From positions 1 through 64,000 of the forward strand of contig JBGQBE010000005.1 of NCBI GenBank assembly GCA_041494685.1: 64,000 nucleotides of DNA, in the 5' to 3' direction. Positions 10,138 to 18,842 of this stretch are shown one piece after another. Source of the stretch: Dehalococcoidia bacterium. GTDB taxonomy: Bacteria > Chloroflexota > Dehalococcoidia > DSTF01 > JACRBR01. The notes under the pieces were generated by a model, which did not search any database, was not told the DNA's origin, and saw only the letters and a list, made by a program, of their open reading frames with translations. The stretch's first letter is position 1; each line of letters starts with the position of its first letter. Position numbers and translations under genes: made by a program.

Positions 10138-10802
10138 TGGACGCCCACCAACGCCAGGTCGCGCGCGATCGTCTCCGCCGTCATCGGCCCGTATTCGCGC
10201 GCCTGCACGATGCCCTTCGCATCGACGAAGTACGATGACGGGATGCCCTGGATCGGGCCGCCGATCCGCCACGCGTCGGCGACGGCGCCGGTCGTATCCG
10301 TAACGATCGGGAACGTCATGCCGAACTCGGACGCAAACTGGCGCACCTGCTCGGTGTTCTCCTGCAGGTCCACGGCGAGCACGGTGAGAGCGCCCGCGTG
10401 CGCGCCGTACGCCCGCACGATCTCAGGCATCTCCTCGCGGCAGGGGGCGCACCATGACGCCCAGAAGTTCACCAGCACCGGCCTGCCGCGCAGATCGCTC
10501 AGGCGCACGCGCGAGCCGTCCAGCGACGCCAGCACGAAGTCGGGCGCGGCGCGCCCCGGGTTCGTCGAGACGCCGCGGCCCGTCGTGTTCAGCGCCGCTG
10601 GCAGCTCCACCACGCCAAGGCCGTCGGCCGGGTGACTGCCGCCGCCGCGCCGCTGCGCGTACCACACCGCGCCCACGATCACCGCGACGATCAGCACCGG
10701 CAGCACCAGGCTGCGCAGCGGCCCGCCCCACTCGCGGCGGTTCTGGGGCCGCTCCTCCACACCGGAGACATCGTCGACGGGCAGATCGTCGTTCATGCTC
10801 AT
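10134..10802 (-). CDS. resA: TlpA/ResA-family thiol-disulfide reductase
   Basis: APDF..., VNFWASWCAPCREEMP, N-terminal TM anchor. Confidence 0.9.
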   Translation of the reverse strand: MSMNDDLPVDDVSGVEERPQNRREWGGPLRSLVLPVLIVAVIVGAVWYAQRRGGGSHPADGLGVVELPAALNTTGRGVSTNPGRAAPDFVLASLDGSRVRLSDLRGRPVLVNFWASWCAPCREEMPEIVRAYGAHAGALTVLAVDLQENTEQVRQFASEFGMTFPIVTDTTGAVADAWRIGGPIQGIPSSYFVDAKGIVQAREYGPMTAETIARDLALVGVQ

Positions 10803-11566
10803 GGCAGCGGCTCGAACAGCTGTGTGTAGATCGTGCGCACGTCCGTATGCGGCAGGCCCTTGCCGAGAAACGCGTCGGCCGCCCGCACTTCGAAGTGCAG
10901 GTGCTCTTCGGTGTCCGGGCGGCTGAGCGACTCAGGCGTGCCGGAGTCGCCGACGAAGGCGATCGTCTGGCCCTGCACAACCTTCGTGCCGACCTGCACG
11001 TTCGCGGCGATGTCCGCCAGGTGCGCATAGCGCGTGATGATGCCGTGCCCGTGATCGATCCACACCTGGCGCCCGCGGAACAGGTCCAGCACATCGGCGT
11101 CGTTGGCATGGCCCGCGGCGATCTTCGCGTTCGCGGCATCAAGCTCCGCCTGCGTCAGCGGATGATAGTCGTGGTCCGCGCGCAGGACGACGCCGTCCTT
11201 CGCGGCGAGGACGGCCGTGCCCTTCACGATGGTCGTGCAATTGTCGTAGCCATAGAAGTCGACGCCCTCGTGCACACCGCTCCGATACTCGCGGGGCGCG
11301 TTCGGCATCAACTGGTCACCGGACGGCAGGCAGGCGCCCTTGATCGGGTAGATGAAGTTGCGGAACACGGTGAGGTCCGCCGGCTCCGACGTCGGCGTGG
11401 TTGCGGGCGCGGGCGGAGTCGACGTGGGCGCGGGCGCGGCGGCACCGCCGTTGCATGCGGCCAGCGTCAACGCGAGTGGGATCGCGAGCAGAGGTGCAGG
11501 GATGAAGCGCCGCAGTGGACGACCAGCCTTCCGACCCGGACCGTGGCAGGGGGCCGCAGTCAGCAT
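10799..11566 (-). CDS. M23 family metallopeptidase, probable lipoprotein
   Basis: HEGVD, YAHL, HLHFEVR; lipobox LAAC; start uncertain. Confidence 0.9.
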   Translation of the reverse strand: MLTAAPCHGPGRKAGRPLRRFIPAPLLAIPLALTLAACNGGAAAPAPTSTPPAPATTPTSEPADLTVFRNFIYPIKGACLPSGDQLMPNAPREYRSGVHEGVDFYGYDNCTTIVKGTAVLAAKDGVVLRADHDYHPLTQAELDAANAKIAAGHANDADVLDLFRGRQVWIDHGHGIITRYAHLADIAANVQVGTKVVQGQTIAFVGDSGTPESLSRPDTEEHLHFEVRAADAFLGKGLPHTDVRTIYTQLFEPLP

Positions 11567-11661
11567 AGCGGACTGGCGCGGCGCGGGTTAGCGCGGGGTG
11601 CCCGGACGGGTGGCTTGCTCAGGGCCGGGGGTCGCCTACAATCGGAGCGGGGGTTCTCCAT

Positions 11662-12162
11662 ATGTATCAGGCGATCGTCCTCTGGATTCACATCCTGTCT
11701 GCCGTCATCTTCATCGGCCCGCAGATCTTCCTCGTGGTCGGCGTGGGGCCGGCCATGCGCACGCTCGAAGACGTGAAGCAGCGCGCGCAAGCGATGCGCA
11801 TCATGACCATGCGGTTCGGCATCTGGGGCGGCGGGGCGCTGCTGCTCTTGCTGATCACTGGCGTGATCAATTACATGCACGCCAACGACGAGCACGAGTT
11901 GGACCTCAAGCGGTATTTCATCGTCATGCAGGTAAAGCTGACGCTGGTGGGGCTGGTCGTCGCGATGACGATACTGCACGGGGCGGTCTTCGGCCGGCGG
12001 CTGCAGAGCCTGCAGGAGAGCGGCGCCGGCGAGGCCGAGATCGCCCGCGTGCGCCAGTGGTCAATGCTGCTCTCGATGGCCACGCTGGTGGCATCGGTCG
12101 CGATCCTGCTCTGCGCCGCGCTGCTGGGCTCCGACTGGTCCAAGGCCGGCGGACTTCGTTGA
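11662..12162 (+). CDS. 4-TM membrane protein (CopD/DUF4149-like)
   Basis: WIHILSAVIFIG, LLITG, KLTLV..., four hydrophobic helices. Confidence 0.65.
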   Translation: MYQAIVLWIHILSAVIFIGPQIFLVVGVGPAMRTLEDVKQRAQAMRIMTMRFGIWGGGALLLLLITGVINYMHANDEHELDLKRYFIVMQVKLTLVGLVVAMTILHGAVFGRRLQSLQESGAGEAEIARVRQWSMLLSMATLVASVAILLCAALLGSDWSKAGGLR

Positions 12163-12207
12163 CGCGACTGACCCGCCCACGGGTCGGCGAGCTAAGGACG
12201 TGGTGAG

Positions 12208-12858
12208 ATGGTCTTTCGGCGCGCGGGCGACGACCGGCGGGACGACGTGGTAGAGGAAGATGAGGACGGCCTGAACATTCGCAGCGAAGACGACGACGGC
12301 GAGGACGAAGAGGCGGAGCCGCTGTTCAAGGACGGCGACATCTGCTGGGCCTGCCAGGACGAGCCGGGCCGCGTCGGACTCGACCCGTCGTGCGGCGGCG
12401 AGTACCCGGGCCTGGATCCGGTGCTGCTGGGCGAGCGCTGCCTGCCCGCCGCGTTGAAGGAGGCGTACGCCACGACCGAGGGCATCGGCGCGATCGTCGA
12501 GCCGTTCGGCACGTACGGCCAGCACCTGTACTACCGCCTCGACGAGATGCCCGCGTACGGCTTCACGCGCGACGACGTCGAGGGCGTGTCGTGGCTGATG
12601 CTGACGATCGGCGACGCGTGCGCGCGCTGCGGCGAGCAGAGCCACTTCACCTGGCTGACGAAGGACTTCGTGGACCCGAACTTGCCCGAAGAAGAAGACG
12701 AGCCGGTGTTCCGCAACCTCGACCGCGAGGCAGAGCGCCTCTGCCGCTCGTGCGCGGCCGACGCGTTGGCGCGCGGTTACGCGGCCCTGAAGCCGCGGCT
12801 GGTGACGGTGGAGCTGCCGCGCGGTGCAATGGGCGTCATGATCCCGGCGAGAGCGTAA
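12208..12858 (+). CDS. Hypothetical acidic Cys-rich protein
   Basis: GC3-rich codon usage, three CxxC pairs; TAATG overlap with the next gene. Confidence 0.7.
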   Translation: MVFRRAGDDRRDDVVEEDEDGLNIRSEDDDGEDEEAEPLFKDGDICWACQDEPGRVGLDPSCGGEYPGLDPVLLGERCLPAALKEAYATTEGIGAIVEPFGTYGQHLYYRLDEMPAYGFTRDDVEGVSWLMLTIGDACARCGEQSHFTWLTKDFVDPNLPEEEDEPVFRNLDREAERLCRSCAADALARGYAALKPRLVTVELPRGAMGVMIPARA

Positions 12859-13262
12859 TGGCGCTGCTCCTCGAGAAACACTACATCGACGAGATGATCG
12901 CCCACGCGAAGGAAGACGCGCCGGACGAGTGCTGCGGCATCGTCGCCGGCGCAGACGGCCGCGCGACCAAGCTCTACCGCGCGATCAACGCCGAGCACAG
13001 CCCGTACCGCTATAGCGTCGACTCGAAAGACCTGCTGCGCATCCACCGCGACGCGGACAGCCACGACTGGGAGTTCCTGGTGATCTACCACTCCCACACG
13101 CACACCGAGGCGTACCCGTCGCCGACGGACGTGCGCCTGGCCGCATGGAGCGACGCCTACTACGTGCTCGTGTCGCTGATGGACGAGTCCGCGCCGGTGC
13201 TCCGGGCGTTCCGCATCGTCGACGGCGTGGTGACGGAAGAGCCGATCGAGATCGTCAAGTAG
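12858..13262 (+). CDS. M67/JAB (Mov34) metallopeptidase, Mec-like
   Basis: PDECCG, YHSHTHTEAYPSPTD JAMM motif. Confidence 0.92.
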   Translation: MALLLEKHYIDEMIAHAKEDAPDECCGIVAGADGRATKLYRAINAEHSPYRYSVDSKDLLRIHRDADSHDWEFLVIYHSHTHTEAYPSPTDVRLAAWSDAYYVLVSLMDESAPVLRAFRIVDGVVTEEPIEIVK

Positions 13263-13301
13263 GTGCTGGCCGCGGGGGAATCGTAACGCCTTGCGTGGAT
13301 G

Positions 13302-13331
13302 CGGGGGACGGGGCTGAAGACCCGTCCCCCG
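13302..13331. terminator. GC-rich hairpin between convergent genes
   Basis: cgggggacggg / cccgtcccccg 11-bp inverted repeat; no U-tract. Confidence 0.5.
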
Positions 13332-13406
13332 GTCTCGCCGTTCGCGTGCCAGGCGCAGAGACGCGCGCCCTGGGGCGCGCGTCTCACTGTGAACTACCCG
13401 CTCCCG

Positions 13407-14651
13407 CTAGACTTCCGTCTTCGACAGCGTCGCCAGGAACTCGGCGTTGCTCCCCGTGCGCGAGAGGCGCTCCAGCAGGCGCTCCGTCGCCTCCGACGGG
13501 TTGCTGGCGTTCGACGAGATCATCGACATCATGCGGCGCATCAGCCACACCTGGCGCAGCGTCGCCTCGTCGAACAGCAGCTCCTCGCGGCGCGTGCTGC
13601 TGCCGGCGATGTCGATCGCCGGGAAGACGCGGCGCTCGGCCAGGCGGCGGTCGAGCCGCAACTCCTGGTTACCGGTGCCCTTGAACTCTTCGAAGATCAC
13701 CTCGTCCATGCGGCTGCCGGTGTCCACCAGGCAGGTCGCGATGACGGTGAGGCTGCCGCCCTCCTCGCAGTTGCGGGCGGCGCCGAAGAAGCGCTTGGGC
13801 GGGTAGAGCGCCACCGGGTCCATACCGCCGGTGAGCGTGCGGCCGCTGGGCGGCATCGCCAGGTTGTAGGCGCGGGTGAGGCGGGTGATGCTGTCGAGCA
13901 GGATCACGACGTCCTTGCCGCCCTCGACCAGGCGCTTCGCGCGCTCCAGCGCCATCTCGGCGACGCGCGTGTGGTCCTCGACAGGCTCGTCGAAGGTCGA
14001 GGCGACGACTTCTCCCTTGACGGAGCGCTTCATGTCCGTCACTTCCTCCGGACGCTCACCGATGAGCGCGACAATGAGGTGGATGTCGGGATAGTTCGCC
14101 GCGATGCCCGCCGCGATCGCCTTCAGCAGGAAGGTCTTGCCGGCCTTCGGCGGCGAGACGATCAGACCGCGCTGCCCGCGGCCGATCGGCGAGATCAGGT
14201 TGATCAGCCGCCCGGAGAGGTCCGGCGACGGCGTCTCCAGGTCGATCATCTGGTTCGGGAAGATCGCGGTGAAGTTCTCGAAGTGGGGGCGGCTCTTCGC
14301 CGCGTCGGGATCGAGTCCGTTGATGTTCTCGACGCGGAGGAGACCGTAGTACTTCTCGCTGTCCTTGGGCGGGCGCACCTGGCCGGTGACGTAGTCGCCC
14401 GTGCGCAGGCCGAAGCGCCGTATCTGCGACTGGCTGACGTAGACGTCGTTCTGGCCCGGCAGCAGGCTTTCGCCGCGCAGGAAGCCGTAGCCGTCGTCCA
14501 CGACCTCCAGGATGCCGCCGGTCGTGAGCGCTGAGTCGCGCTCGGCCTGTGTCATCGGCTGCTCGCCGGCATCCTCTTGCGGTGGCACCGGGGTGCGCCC
14601 GCCGCCACCACCGCCACCGGAAGACCGTCTGCGTTCTCGTACTGCGCCCAT
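13407..14651 (-). CDS. rho: Transcription termination factor Rho
   Basis: [53 protein letters not shown]. Confidence 0.97.
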   Translation of the reverse strand: MGAVRERRRSSGGGGGGGRTPVPPQEDAGEQPMTQAERDSALTTGGILEVVDDGYGFLRGESLLPGQNDVYVSQSQIRRFGLRTGDYVTGQVRPPKDSEKYYGLLRVENINGLDPDAAKSRPHFENFTAIFPNQMIDLETPSPDLSGRLINLISPIGRGQRGLIVSPPKAGKTFLLKAIAAGIAANYPDIHLIVALIGERPEEVTDMKRSVKGEVVASTFDEPVEDHTRVAEMALERAKRLVEGGKDVVILLDSITRLTRAYNLAMPPSGRTLTGGMDPVALYPPKRFFGAARNCEEGGSLTVIATCLVDTGSRMDEVIFEEFKGTGNQELRLDRRLAERRVFPAIDIAGSSTRREELLFDEATLRQVWLMRRMMSMISSNASNPSEATERLLERLSRTGSNAEFLATLSKTEV

Positions 14652-14830
14652 GTGTAGCCCTCTATCAGGTGAATGGCCGTGAAACCGGCCCGGGTGTCCC
14701 TCGGGATGTGTGCGCTCCCCATGCGGGCACGGCCAAGAACGCCTTCGGCGAGCCGAACCTGTGCCGGATCAGGGGGAATACCGCGGCGCCGGGAGAAGAA
14801 GCGCCGTGAGCAGGCGGGTGAACCGTTCCT

Positions 14831-14860
14831 TTGGTACAGCAAATGCCGGATATCTGTCAA
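14831..14860 (-). promoter_or_regulatory. Putative sigma70 promoter of rho
   Basis: TTGACA-N18-TACCAA on the minus strand, ~180 nt upstream of the ATG. Confidence 0.45.
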
Positions 14861-15114
14861 GAGGCGTGCCCGCGCCGGACGCCGCCGTGATCCCGATGCA
14901 TGAGCCTGGGGAGTCGCGCCGTCCGGCGGCTTCTCAACCGCGGCGCGCGTCACACACACATGCTATCGGATCCGCCGCCGGCGTGCGCATCCGCAAACTC
15001 CCCTATTTTCGTCAGCTCGGCTCACAGATCGCATACAGAACAGCGTTGCCCGGTACGCATCACCGGAGGATACTGCGCATGCCGGCGCGAAGCCGGCGCC
15101 ACACCGGAGGCCAC

Positions 15115-16014
15115 ATGGACCTGCTGCGATCGCTGCTCTTCGTCCCCGGCAACCGCGAGCACATGCTCGAAAAGGCGCTGGCGACGCCGGCCGACGCGAT
15201 CATCATCGACCTGGAAGACGCCGTGCCACCCACGGAGAAGAAGGCCGCGCGCCGTCTCGCGCGGACCTGGGTGCCGCGGCTGGCGCGCGCCGGGCAGCGC
15301 GTCTACGCGCGCGTCAACGCGATCGACAGCGGCCAGACGCGCGACGACGTGCAGGCCGTGGTGCGGAAGGGGCTTGCCGGCGTCGTCCTGCCGAAGGCGC
15401 AGACGGCGCAGGACCTGCGCAGCCTGGACGTGCTGCTGCGGGAGGCCGAGATGGGCGCGAAGATCCGCCCGGGCGACGTGCGCACCATCCCGATCATCGA
15501 GAGCGCGCGCGGCGTCCTGCGCTGCGAGGAGATCGCCCGCGCGTCCGACCGGGTCGCCGCGCTGGCGCTCGGCGGCGAGGACTACACCGCCGAGCTGGGC
15601 GTGCCCCGCGACGCGGGCGGGGCAGCGCTGGCGTATCCGCGCGGCGTGCTCGTCACCGTGGCCACGGCGTACGGCCTGCCGGCGATCGACGCGCCCTATG
15701 CCGGCGTCCGCGATGCGAAGGGGCTCGCGGCGGAGACGGCGCTCGTGCGGTCGATCGGCTTCAAGGGGAAGTTCGCGATCCATCCCGGGCAGGTGGCGGC
15801 ATTGAACCGCGCCTTCGCGCCTTCGCGCGACGAGATCGATGCCGCGCGCGCCATTGTGCGCGCGGCGGAAGCGGCGGCCGCCGAGGGCATCGGCGCGATC
15901 AGCGTCGATGGGCGGATGGTGGACGCGCCGGTGGTCGAGCGTGCGCGCCGCCTGCTCGCCGCGGGCGAGGCGATACGCGCGCGCCGCCGGGCGCCGCGTG
16001 ATGCCGCGGAATAA
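15115..16014 (+). CDS. CitE-like CoA ester lyase (HpcH/HpaI aldolase/citrate lyase family)
   Basis: RSLLFVPGN, DLEDAV, RVN, LPK, IESARG, GGED, GKFAIHPGQ. Confidence 0.92.
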   Translation: MDLLRSLLFVPGNREHMLEKALATPADAIIIDLEDAVPPTEKKAARRLARTWVPRLARAGQRVYARVNAIDSGQTRDDVQAVVRKGLAGVVLPKAQTAQDLRSLDVLLREAEMGAKIRPGDVRTIPIIESARGVLRCEEIARASDRVAALALGGEDYTAELGVPRDAGGAALAYPRGVLVTVATAYGLPAIDAPYAGVRDAKGLAAETALVRSIGFKGKFAIHPGQVAALNRAFAPSRDEIDAARAIVRAAEAAAAEGIGAISVDGRMVDAPVVERARRLLAAGEAIRARRRAPRDAAE

Positions 16015-16016
16015 CG

Positions 16017-16045
16017 AAGAAGCCCCGCGGTGCGCGGGGCTTCTT
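16017..16045. terminator. Bidirectional intrinsic terminator
   Basis: aagaagccccgcg-gtg-cgcggggcttctt perfect 13-bp stem between convergent genes. Confidence 0.8.
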
Positions 16046-16067
16046 GCTGGCTGCGATCAGCCGGGCC

Positions 16068-16598
16068 TCAGGACTTCCAGATGTCGTACTGCTGCGCCCG
16101 ACGGAGCTTGAAGTCCGTCTCCGGCAGCTTGAAGCCAAGTCCGCGGACCTTCTTGAGGATCGTCTCGACCTGCCGCTTCTCCGCGGCGCTCAGCACCGAG
16201 CCGAACATGTCGTCGTAGAGTTCCATCGAGATCTTCATGATCTCTTCGGTGATCTCCCGTCCCTTGTCCGTCAGCTCCAGGCCGACGGCCCGGCGGTCGT
16301 TCGGGTCAGGCAGCCGGCGCACCCAGCCGCGCGACTCGATGCGGTGGAGGATGCCCGTGATGCTCTGCGTCTCCTGGAAGAGCAGCGTCGCGATCAGGCT
16401 CGGCTTGATCGGCCCCTTGGCGAAGTGCAGCACCGCCAGCACGCGCGCCTGCGAAGCCGAGACGCCCAGGTGATAGAACCTGCGCTCCAGGAGCTTGTAG
16501 GACATCCAGTAGATTTCGGTGATGAGCACCCAGGGCATCATCGCCGCGGTGATCGCCGACTCGGTGAGTTGCTTCGCGGACTTCGTGGATCCTGCCAT
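16068..16598 (-). CDS. MarR family transcriptional regulator
   Basis: GVSASQARVL, ITGILHRIESRGWVRR.PDPNDRR..LTDKG. Confidence 0.9.
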   Translation of the reverse strand: MAGSTKSAKQLTESAITAAMMPWVLITEIYWMSYKLLERRFYHLGVSASQARVLAVLHFAKGPIKPSLIATLLFQETQSITGILHRIESRGWVRRLPDPNDRRAVGLELTDKGREITEEIMKISMELYDDMFGSVLSAAEKRQVETILKKVRGLGFKLPETDFKLRRAQQYDIWKS

Positions 16599-16852
16599 AT
16601 ACCTCGCCTGCCTCGTTAGAGTGGTGCCGATCGCTCGGCGTTGCGGAGTCACTGCCCTCTGCCTGTGAACGAGTCTAGCATCGGTTTCGAGGACGGGCAA
16701 CGAATCGTCGCCGTCGACGCACACTCGTTCCCCGACCGACTGAATGGTATTTGCACAGGAGCGCAGTATCTCACGATGCGGCCACGTCGCTGGATCACGC
16801 AAGGGGCCGGTGCTACGCTTGGCCTCGCTGCGAGTCCGAAGGAGCAACGATT

Positions 16853-17653
16853 ATGGCATTCAACTTCGAGAAGGTCATCTACGAGAAGCGCGGACACATC
16901 GGCGTCGTCACGATCAACCGCCCGGACCGCATGAACGCGATCGATCCGCAGACGTCGGCGGAGTTGCACGAAGCGTGGTGCGACTTCCGCGATGACGACA
17001 ACCTCTGGGTCGGCATCTTCACGGGCGCCGGCGAGCGCGCGTTCTCCGCGGGCAATGACCTGGTCGCGATGTCACAGATGCAGCAGGCCGGCCGCAACGA
17101 AATCAGCGCGGTGTACTCGCGCGCGCCGTTCGGCGGCATCACGCGCGATTTCGAATGCTGGAAGCCGATGATCGCGGCCGTCAACGGCTACTGCCTCGCC
17201 GGCGGGCTGGAGATGGCGCTCGCCTGCGACGTCCGCATCGCGGCGGAGCACGCGGTCTTCGGGCTGCCGGAAGTGACGCGCGCGATCATCGCCGGCGCCG
17301 GCGGCACGCAGCGCCTGCCGCGGCTCATCCCGTTTGGCGCGGCGCTCGAGTTGATTCTCACGGGCGGCCGTTTCGACGCGCAGTGGGCGCTGCGCTACGG
17401 GCTCGTCAACGCGGTCGTGCCGGCGGACCAGGTGATGCCGCGCGCCATCGCGATGGCGGAAGCGATCTGCGAGAACGGCCCGCTCGCCGTGCGGCTGGCG
17501 AAGGAGGCCGCCTACCGCGGCTGCAGCATGACGATCGAAGATGGCCTGCGCTTCGAGATCGAGCAGTCGCGCAAGGTGCTGGCATCGGAGGACGCCCGCG
17601 AGGGCCCGCTGGCCTTCGCGCAGAAGCGCAAGCCGGAGTACAAGGGCCGCTGA
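16853..17653 (+). CDS. Enoyl-CoA hydratase/isomerase family protein
   Basis: NRPDRMNA, FSAGNDL, KPMIAAVNGYCLAGGLE, FGLPE. Confidence 0.93.
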   Translation: MAFNFEKVIYEKRGHIGVVTINRPDRMNAIDPQTSAELHEAWCDFRDDDNLWVGIFTGAGERAFSAGNDLVAMSQMQQAGRNEISAVYSRAPFGGITRDFECWKPMIAAVNGYCLAGGLEMALACDVRIAAEHAVFGLPEVTRAIIAGAGGTQRLPRLIPFGAALELILTGGRFDAQWALRYGLVNAVVPADQVMPRAIAMAEAICENGPLAVRLAKEAAYRGCSMTIEDGLRFEIEQSRKVLASEDAREGPLAFAQKRKPEYKGR

Positions 17654-17681
17654 GGCGCGTCACCAGCGCGGCGCGCCGCCA

Positions 17682-18266
17682 TCAGTACCAATGCGGATTG
17701 CCCTCCGCGCTCCCGTAGACGGCCAGGAACAGGTCAAGCTGGATCATCAAGAGCTTGTTCCATGCCGCCACCGTGGCGACCATCTCGGCGCGATCCTCGA
17801 TCGCTTCGTTGAGCAGTCCCAGCAGCGCGCTCTGAACGAAGCTGATGGTGAGTACCATATAGCGGCCCTTCACCCACGACTCGGCGCCCGCACCCCGCCG
17901 CGTGTGCGCGCGCCCCACGCCCGCCAGGTAGCCGGCCGCCTGCTCGTCGAGCGGTGATTCGATCGCGGCGATCAGCCACTCCTTGAGCGTGTGCGAACGC
18001 GCCGCAATGATCCCCTCGTCCGGAGTTCCATCGGCCCGCGTGAATTGCTGCGCCGTCTCGGCGTGCGCGAGCAGGTGGCCGTACACGGCATCGGCGATCG
18101 CGTCGGCGTGAGGCAGAAGCAGCGAGCGCGTCGCGAACACACGGGCACGATCGTCATCCGTGTACCGCACAAAGGCGCTGCTCGCCTCCAGCCGCCGCAG
18201 AAATTTCTGACGGCTGCGGCTCTCGCCCAGTGTTTCGCTGCTGCCGCTGTCGGCCATGTGGGCCAT
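17682..18266 (-). CDS. Stand-alone protoglobin/globin-sensor domain protein
   Basis: FVRYTDDD, VYGHL, LKEWL, YL..VG.AH (proximal His), AWNKLL.IQLDLF. Confidence 0.8.
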   Translation of the reverse strand: MAHMADSGSSETLGESRSRQKFLRRLEASSAFVRYTDDDRARVFATRSLLLPHADAIADAVYGHLLAHAETAQQFTRADGTPDEGIIAARSHTLKEWLIAAIESPLDEQAAGYLAGVGRAHTRRGAGAESWVKGRYMVLTISFVQSALLGLLNEAIEDRAEMVATVAAWNKLLMIQLDLFLAVYGSAEGNPHWY

Positions 18267-18430
18267 GGTTCCGCCTCTCTCGATCGCCGGACAGTCGCCG
18301 TGCGCACGCGTTCCGGATGCACGTCGCTATTCGCGGGAAGCAGCGGAGGCGGCCCAGCGCCAGGGGAGGAGAGGGCCGCCTTCCGCTATAGCACGCGCGC
18401 CGAAGCGCCCGGTACCACCACGCGGCTCCG

Positions 18431-18769
18431 CTAGATCGCGGCTTCTCCACGCTCGCCGGTGCGCACGCGCATCACCTGGTCGATCGTCGAGACGAACACC
18501 TTGCCATCGCCAACCGCGCCGGTGCGCGCCGACTCCTGAATAGCTTGAAGCACGGGCTCGAGCAGCTCATCGGCGATGATCACCTTCAACTCGACTTTGG
18601 GCAAGAGATCGACCTTGTAGATGTTGCCCTTCCACTGTTGTGTGACGCCGCGCTGTGCGCCGTGCCCCATGACCTGCGTGATTGTCACACCCTTGACCCC
18701 GAGCTCTTCCAGCGACTTCCGGACGACGGCCAGCATCTCCGGCCGGACGATCGCTTCCACCTTCTTCAT
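18431..18769 (-). CDS. glnK: P-II nitrogen regulatory protein (GlnK/GlnB)
   Basis: MKKVEAIVRP, T-loop with Tyr51 retained, TGAVGDGKVFV, RVRTGERG; linked to amtB. Confidence 0.95.
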   Translation of the reverse strand: MKKVEAIVRPEMLAVVRKSLEELGVKGVTITQVMGHGAQRGVTQQWKGNIYKVDLLPKVELKVIIADELLEPVLQAIQESARTGAVGDGKVFVSTIDQVMRVRTGERGEAAI

Positions 18770-18842
18770 CACTATTCTCCCTCTCTCACGTCCCGTACGC
18801 CGCTGCGCACCAGGGACGCGCGATCCATATCCCGCCGCGTAC

